Positions 59,278 through 64,000 of a stretch of 64,000 nucleotides of DNA are shown piece by piece (within the stretch, counting starts at the first letter, position 1; the number at the start of each line of letters is the position of its first letter). Both the position numbers and the translations under genes were made by a program. The DNA is from an uncultured Gammaproteobacteria bacterium (GTDB lineage Bacteria > Patescibacteriota > Microgenomatia > CAZETR01 > Amesbacteraceae). The notes under the pieces were generated by a model. It saw only the letters and a list, made by a program, of their open reading frames with translations. It was not told the DNA's origin and did no database searches. The DNA lies in the NCBI GenBank assembly GCA_964518565.1, contig CAZFGX010000001.1, forward strand, positions 203,046-267,045, written 5' to 3'.

Positions 59278-60887
59278 TGTCAAAAAAAATTCTACTTATA
59301 TTCATACTCCTTGTCGCGACGATTTTGCGTCTAGTACAAATTACAAACTTTCCAGCCGGACTAAATGCTGATGAGGCAGCGCTGGGCTACAATGCATATT
59401 CTTTAATGAAAACAGGTAGAGACGAACACGGACATCCGTGGCCTGTCAATTTAGAGTCGTTTGGGGATTTTAAACCTGCAGGATACACATATATTCTTAT
59501 CCCATTTATTAAATTGTTTGGGTTAAATGAGTTTTCAGTACGACTTCCATCAGCAATTTTTGGCATTTTAGCAGTGTATTTGGTTTACAAATTAGCTAAG
59601 TCTACGGTAGGATCTGAGCATTTTATTGCCGCTGTTTTAGCATTTTCACCTTGGCATATTCAGTTTTCGCGCGGTGGTTGGGAAGTAAATGTCGCCAGCA
59701 CATTAATTTTACTAGCAGTTTATCAATTTACATTATGGCTTGAGTCAAAATCCTATCGATATCTATGTGTTTCATTTTTTTCACTAATATTTTCGATGTA
59801 TGTATACCAATCAGCAAGAATTCTCGCTCCGTTATTCGGTCTAGCACTAATTATACTAAATATGTATGTTGTAAAAAAACAGTTGAAACAATTTTTTCTA
59901 GTATGCATTCTATCTCTAGTACTGATCGCGCCGCTTGCCTATTCAATAGTTTCATCAAATGCCGCCTCTAGATTTTCTGGTGTTGGTTTTACAGCAGATA
60001 TGGGGCCTTTAAACAGAATAAATGAGTTACGAGGCCAACATCTCAACCAAAACGGTTTTATTTCTAAAATGCTTCATAACAAACCAATTGCGTATGGTTT
60101 CCAATTCATCTCAAATTATTTAGACCATTTTAATGGAAACTTCCTTTTCGTAAACGGCGATGTCATACATAGAAATAAAACTCCCGAAACAGGTCTATTA
60201 TATTTCACTGATATTGTTTTCGTTATCATAGGGACAATATTTTTAATCAAAAGTAAAAATAAAAGCAAAAATATTGTATGGGTCTGGTTATTTTTTAGTC
60301 CAATACCAGCTGCCTTAACCTTCCAGACCCCCCATGCATTGCGTGCGCAAAACATGGTGATACCACTAAGTTTTCTTGTAGGGTTAGGAATATACGCTAC
60401 AATAAAGTCATTCGGTAAATATAAATATTTTGTCACTGCTTGCATCTGTTGTGTCTATGCATGGCAAGTTGCCAGATTTATTCATGAATATACAGTGCAC
60501 TATCCAAAAACCTACCCTGATGCTTGGGAATACGGATTCAAACAAATAACCAGTGAGATAAAAGCACATGGTGATCAATATCAAAAAATTATTGTCACTG
60601 ATATTTATGATCAACCGTATATTTTAATATTATTTTATCTCAAATACGATCCAGAACTATTCCAAAAAAATCATCAACTTACTCCAAGAGACAAATTCAA
60701 TTTTTCCACTGTAACATCCTTCGATAAATTTTCATTCGAAAAAATTGACTGGGAGAAGATCAAAAACTCTAAAAACACATTATTGATAGGAAGAAAAGAT
60801 GAAATTCCAGATATAAAGTTGGATAATGTAATAACAATACCCGATCCAGACGGAAATCCGGGTTTTAAAATCGTACAACTTCCTTAA
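59277..60887 (+). CDS. PMT/ArnT-like GT-C glycosyltransferase (tandem copy 3)
   Basis: 'NADEAALGYNAYSLMKTGRDEHG', 'GDFKPAGY', 'GLNEFSVRLPS'; TAATG coupling. Confidence 0.55.
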   Translation: MSKKILLIFILLVATILRLVQITNFPAGLNADEAALGYNAYSLMKTGRDEHGHPWPVNLESFGDFKPAGYTYILIPFIKLFGLNEFSVRLPSAIFGILAVYLVYKLAKSTVGSEHFIAAVLAFSPWHIQFSRGGWEVNVASTLILLAVYQFTLWLESKSYRYLCVSFFSLIFSMYVYQSARILAPLFGLALIILNMYVVKKQLKQFFLVCILSLVLIAPLAYSIVSSNAASRFSGVGFTADMGPLNRINELRGQHLNQNGFISKMLHNKPIAYGFQFISNYLDHFNGNFLFVNGDVIHRNKTPETGLLYFTDIVFVIIGTIFLIKSKNKSKNIVWVWLFFSPIPAALTFQTPHALRAQNMVIPLSFLVGLGIYATIKSFGKYKYFVTACICCVYAWQVARFIHEYTVHYPKTYPDAWEYGFKQITSEIKAHGDQYQKIIVTDIYDQPYILILFYLKYDPELFQKNHQLTPRDKFNFSTVTSFDKFSFEKIDWEKIKNSKNTLLIGRKDEIPDIKLDNVITIPDPDGNPGFKIVQLP

Positions 60888-60888
60888 T

Positions 60889-61665
60889 ATGAAAAAAAAT
60901 ACCCTATCGGTTGTCCTTGCAGTGTATAACGAGTCTGATGTTTTAGAAAAAACATTAAATGCAATTAAAAATATTGCTGATGAAATAGTTATTGTAGATG
61001 GAAGTTCAACAGATAATACGGTTGAGATCGTTAAAAAGTTCAAGGCAAAAGTTATTTCCACCAGCAACAAACAAAATTTTCATATAAATAAAAATATTGC
61101 AATTGATGCTGCAACAAAAGATTGGATACTCCAACTTGATGCAGATGAAATAGTGAGTCCTGAACTTGCCAAAGAAATTGTAGAAAAAATAAATTCAAAT
61201 TCAGAATTCAATGGGTACTGGGTAAATCGAAGAAACTGGTTTCTAAATCAATTTTTAATGAAAGGCGGTCAATATCCAGACCCTACAATAAGATTATATA
61301 AAAGGGGAATGGGCAGACTTCCAGAAAAAGATGTGCATGAGCAAGCCACTGTAGAAGGTAAAACTACCTTTTTGAGAAATGATCTGTTTCACTATCGTGA
61401 CACAACATTTGAAAAGTATCTAAACGGATTCAATAGATACAGTTCATTTCAGGCTATACAGCTTGAACAAAAAAACATTCAAATAAATTTTTTAAATTCT
61501 TTGAAATATTTTTTTATCAAACCGATAAGCATTTTTCTATCAATTTTTATACGTCACCGTGGATATATAGATAAAACAGCTGGATTTATATTTGCTCTTT
61601 ACTCTAGTTTTATACCAATGATTGCTTACATGAAGTTGTGGCAAAAAAAATATATTAAAAAATGA
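60889..61665 (+). CDS. glycosyltransferase family 2
   Basis: 'LSVVLAVYNESDVL', 'VDGSSTDNT', 'LQLDADEIV'. Confidence 0.7.
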   Translation: MKKNTLSVVLAVYNESDVLEKTLNAIKNIADEIVIVDGSSTDNTVEIVKKFKAKVISTSNKQNFHINKNIAIDAATKDWILQLDADEIVSPELAKEIVEKINSNSEFNGYWVNRRNWFLNQFLMKGGQYPDPTIRLYKRGMGRLPEKDVHEQATVEGKTTFLRNDLFHYRDTTFEKYLNGFNRYSSFQAIQLEQKNIQINFLNSLKYFFIKPISIFLSIFIRHRGYIDKTAGFIFALYSSFIPMIAYMKLWQKKYIKK

Positions 61666-62723
61666 AACGCATCGCTTTTGTAAGCCAAAAAGAAATCACG
61701 GATCACTATGTTAGAGGAATCGGGTTCTATGTACAAAATCTTCTTCCGGAAATTCAGAGCTTGGCAAAAAAAATAGATATTGAAGTAGTAGAAATTTCAA
61801 ATACTCAAAAAGTATCAGAAAAGGATTATTCAATTGTACATTACCCATTTTTAGATATTTTTTATCCTACATTGCCATTAGTTTCTAAAGTTAATCGTAT
61901 AGTGACCATTCACGATCTAATACCATTAGAATACCCAAATGTTTATAAAACAGGAATAAAATCAAAGATAAATTTTATTCACCAATATCTATCTGTTAAA
62001 AGGTGTAACGCAATCATTACTGACTCAAATTATTCGGCGGAGAGTATACACAAGCATTTTAATACTCCACGATCAAAAATTAATGTAATTTATTTAGCTG
62101 GAGCAAACAAATTTAATATTGGAGATGACACAAAAAAAAATTCCCTTATCAAAAAAAAATATAATCTACCTAGTAAATTTATTCTTTATGTCGGAGATAT
62201 TAACTACACCAAAAATATTCAATCCCTAATACAGGTTTGTGTTCAAAATAAAATAAACCTTATCCTAGTAGGAAAGGCACTAACAAATATTGAAAATATC
62301 GACCTAAATCATCCAGAACATATCCATTTGAAAAATATTATTCCATTTTTATCATCAGCTTATGTTAAAAGACTTGGATTTGTACCAGATGAAGATTTGC
62401 CTTTTATTTACAAAGCAGCGACTCTATATTGCCAACCGTCATTTGCAGAAGGATTTGGAATGCCAATATTAGAAGCAATGAAATCAAAAACCCCTGTTTT
62501 GGTAAGTGATGCATTGGCAGTTTCTGAAATTATGGGGGCAAAAATGTCTAAATATCAATTTAATCCAAAAGATATGAACGATATGCAAAGAAAAATTGAT
62601 TTGTTATGGAATTCAGAATCAGAAAGGAAGACGAACATCGATCTTTGTATTGAAAGAGAGAAAAATTTTTCCTGGCAAGCGACTGCTAAACAAACCCTAG
62701 AAGTATACAAAAAACTTTTATGA
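61662..62723 (+). CDS. glycosyltransferase family 4 (GT-B)
   Basis: 'FAEGFGMPILEAMKSKTPVLVSD' E-x7-E motif. Confidence 0.65.
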   Translation: MKRIAFVSQKEITDHYVRGIGFYVQNLLPEIQSLAKKIDIEVVEISNTQKVSEKDYSIVHYPFLDIFYPTLPLVSKVNRIVTIHDLIPLEYPNVYKTGIKSKINFIHQYLSVKRCNAIITDSNYSAESIHKHFNTPRSKINVIYLAGANKFNIGDDTKKNSLIKKKYNLPSKFILYVGDINYTKNIQSLIQVCVQNKINLILVGKALTNIENIDLNHPEHIHLKNIIPFLSSAYVKRLGFVPDEDLPFIYKAATLYCQPSFAEGFGMPILEAMKSKTPVLVSDALAVSEIMGAKMSKYQFNPKDMNDMQRKIDLLWNSESERKTNIDLCIEREKNFSWQATAKQTLEVYKKLL

Positions 62724-63826
62724 TAAAAAAAATATCACTAATTTTTTTTTGTTGGCAATTAATAATAATATTTTTGACTCATACTAGCCAATATGTTTTA
62801 CCGCTTCAACCTGGCTATTTAGGCAATTCATTATCTGAGTATGAAAAAAATCCCATTTTATATTCAAGAGAAAATTTTGATGGAAACCATTACATATATA
62901 TAGCTACGCGTGGATATGGATTTGCTCAGCAAGCTTTTTTTCCTCTTTATCCCATGTTGATCAAAACAGTAAATTCATTTATCGCTAACCCTGTACTCAG
63001 TGGAGTTCTTATATCGATCGTCGCATGTTTTATAGGGCTAATTATATTAGCTAAAGTAATAGCGCTAGATTTTGGTGAGCAAATTGCTCTTTGGTCAATT
63101 GTTGCACTGATAATATTTCCCACCAGTTTCTTTCTGTCGTTTGTCTATACGGAGGGGCTATTTTTGTTTTTAACTGTTTCATGTATCTACTTATTTAAAA
63201 AAAATAAATTCTTATTGGCGGGTATTTTAGGAGGGTTGTCATCCTATACCAGGCTTTCGGGCATATTCCTATTTGTAGGAATTGCTACTGAATTTTTTAC
63301 AAATACAAAAAAAATTACATATAAGATCTTGTGCGTGCTCCTTATGCCCTTAGGGTTAATAACATATATGTACCAATTACAAAAAAATTACAACGATGGT
63401 TTGTTATTCATTCACGCACAAAAATTTTTTAATAACAATCGTAGCGAGCAAATTATTTTGCTGCCACAAACATTTTGGAGATATATAAAGATTATCTGGA
63501 CCGTAGATAGGCAAAACAATATTTATCCTGTAGCCCTTCTTGAGATATTTGTTACCCTTTTAGCTATATATTTACTAATAAAATATATTAAAATTCACCC
63601 AAAACTATATTCAATGTATTTTTTCTTATCAATAATAATACCCAGTTTAACCGGAACACTTACGTCAATACCCCGATATATGCTTGTATGTTTTCCCCTC
63701 TTTGTGGCAGTCGGCCAATTTTTGGCGAAGAGTAATTCAAGAATAAAATTATCTGTAACACTTAGTTCGATATTTATATTTTCAGCATTTTTGTTATTAT
63801 TCGTGAGAGGATATTGGGTAGCATGA
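62720..63826 (+). CDS. polytopic membrane protein, GT-C-like
   Basis: 368 aa, ~10 TM. Confidence 0.45.
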   Translation: MIKKISLIFFCWQLIIIFLTHTSQYVLPLQPGYLGNSLSEYEKNPILYSRENFDGNHYIYIATRGYGFAQQAFFPLYPMLIKTVNSFIANPVLSGVLISIVACFIGLIILAKVIALDFGEQIALWSIVALIIFPTSFFLSFVYTEGLFLFLTVSCIYLFKKNKFLLAGILGGLSSYTRLSGIFLFVGIATEFFTNTKKITYKILCVLLMPLGLITYMYQLQKNYNDGLLFIHAQKFFNNNRSEQIILLPQTFWRYIKIIWTVDRQNNIYPVALLEIFVTLLAIYLLIKYIKIHPKLYSMYFFLSIIIPSLTGTLTSIPRYMLVCFPLFVAVGQFLAKSNSRIKLSVTLSSIFIFSAFLLLFVRGYWVA

Positions 63827-64000
63827 AACAACTTTCAATAATTATTCCTGCCTATAAACAAGAAAAAACAATTGTAAAAAATTTACAAAATTTAGATAAA
63901 ATTGCCTCAAGGCTGAATATCTCATACGAAATTATATGTGTAGTTGATGGGATGCTAGACAATACCTGGTCAGAAGCAAAAAAAGCTAAATTGAAAAATG
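63823..64000 (+). CDS. glycosyltransferase family 2, 3'-truncated by window edge
   Basis: 'LSIIIPAYKQEKTI...VVDGMLDNT'; ATGA overlap. Confidence 0.55.
   Translation, partial: MKQLSIIIPAYKQEKTIVKNLQNLDKIASRLNISYEIICVVDGMLDNTWSEAKKAKLKN

Noticed and set aside
1-64000. Mobile element / prophage / defence island
   Set aside because: No integrase, transposase, recombinase, terminal inverted repeats, tRNA attachment site, nuclease or ATPase gene was recognisable anywhere in the window.

Overview
Scope: I worked from the supplied six-frame ORF track and my own reading of the sequence; no searches were run. All family assignments are motif-level recognition and should be confirmed with HMM searches.

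Overall: this is a visibly AT-rich, very gene-dense window. About 58 CDS are called, almost all on the + strand, many with overlapping stop/start codons (ATGA, GTGA, TAATG). I found no rRNA, tRNA, CRISPR array, transposase or integrase. The gene content (massive glycosyltransferase expansion, sortase, many secreted or membrane proteins) and AT-richness suggest a small-genome Gram-positive-like or candidate-phyla-radiation (Patescibacteria) bacterium. The taxon is inference only.

The window has three parts.
1. 1..16521. A polysaccharide deacetylase fragment, a GT2 and three large multi-pass membrane proteins come first. After them sits an apparent extracellular beta-glucan module. Its parts are a processive GT2 synthase with D,D,D,QxxRW motifs (cellulose/curdlan-synthase-like); a truncated HlyD/membrane-fusion-like protein; a secreted GH81-like beta-1,3-glucanase with the NDHHFHYGY and ESSSEAINAWY motifs; and a 1459-aa secreted protein carrying a PQQ-type glucose/sorbosone dehydrogenase beta-propeller, a PKD domain and six PA14 domains joined by PTPTPTP linkers. 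Within the PA14 array, two 150-bp and 148-bp cores are 100% identical at an 840-bp offset. A GH-A clan (GH5-like) hydrolase closes the module.
2. 16527..24519. A cell-surface cluster. It holds an FN3 protein whose C-terminal sorting signal is 'APTGD'+TM+basic tail, overlapped by a sortase gene with a TLxTC motif; small secreted proteins; and three paralogous Asn/Gly/Thr-rich repeat proteins (two on +, one on -). These share a roughly 95-aa curlin-like repeat, (V/I)xGNGxxS...QxNxAxVxN...TGxNxAxQNTGGxxxIxTGDAxxxVxVxN, and conserved CC/CxC pairs. Strong hairpin terminators flank them. A CAP-domain protein follows.
3. 26033..64000. After the single housekeeping gene trmD (- strand), a roughly 38-kb glycosylation supercluster. 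It contains at least 10 GT2 genes (including a GT2-GtrA fusion and a GT2-GT-C fusion), two GT4 genes, a Wzx-type flippase, and about 20 GT-C-like multi-pass membrane proteins. The GT-C proteins fall into tandem paralog families: a DE-motif PMT/ArnT-like family (GT39/83-like) with five copies, three of them consecutive; a GRDA-motif family; and a family with a conserved CFSDxQIPCxWVPDxGYGYPLF motif.
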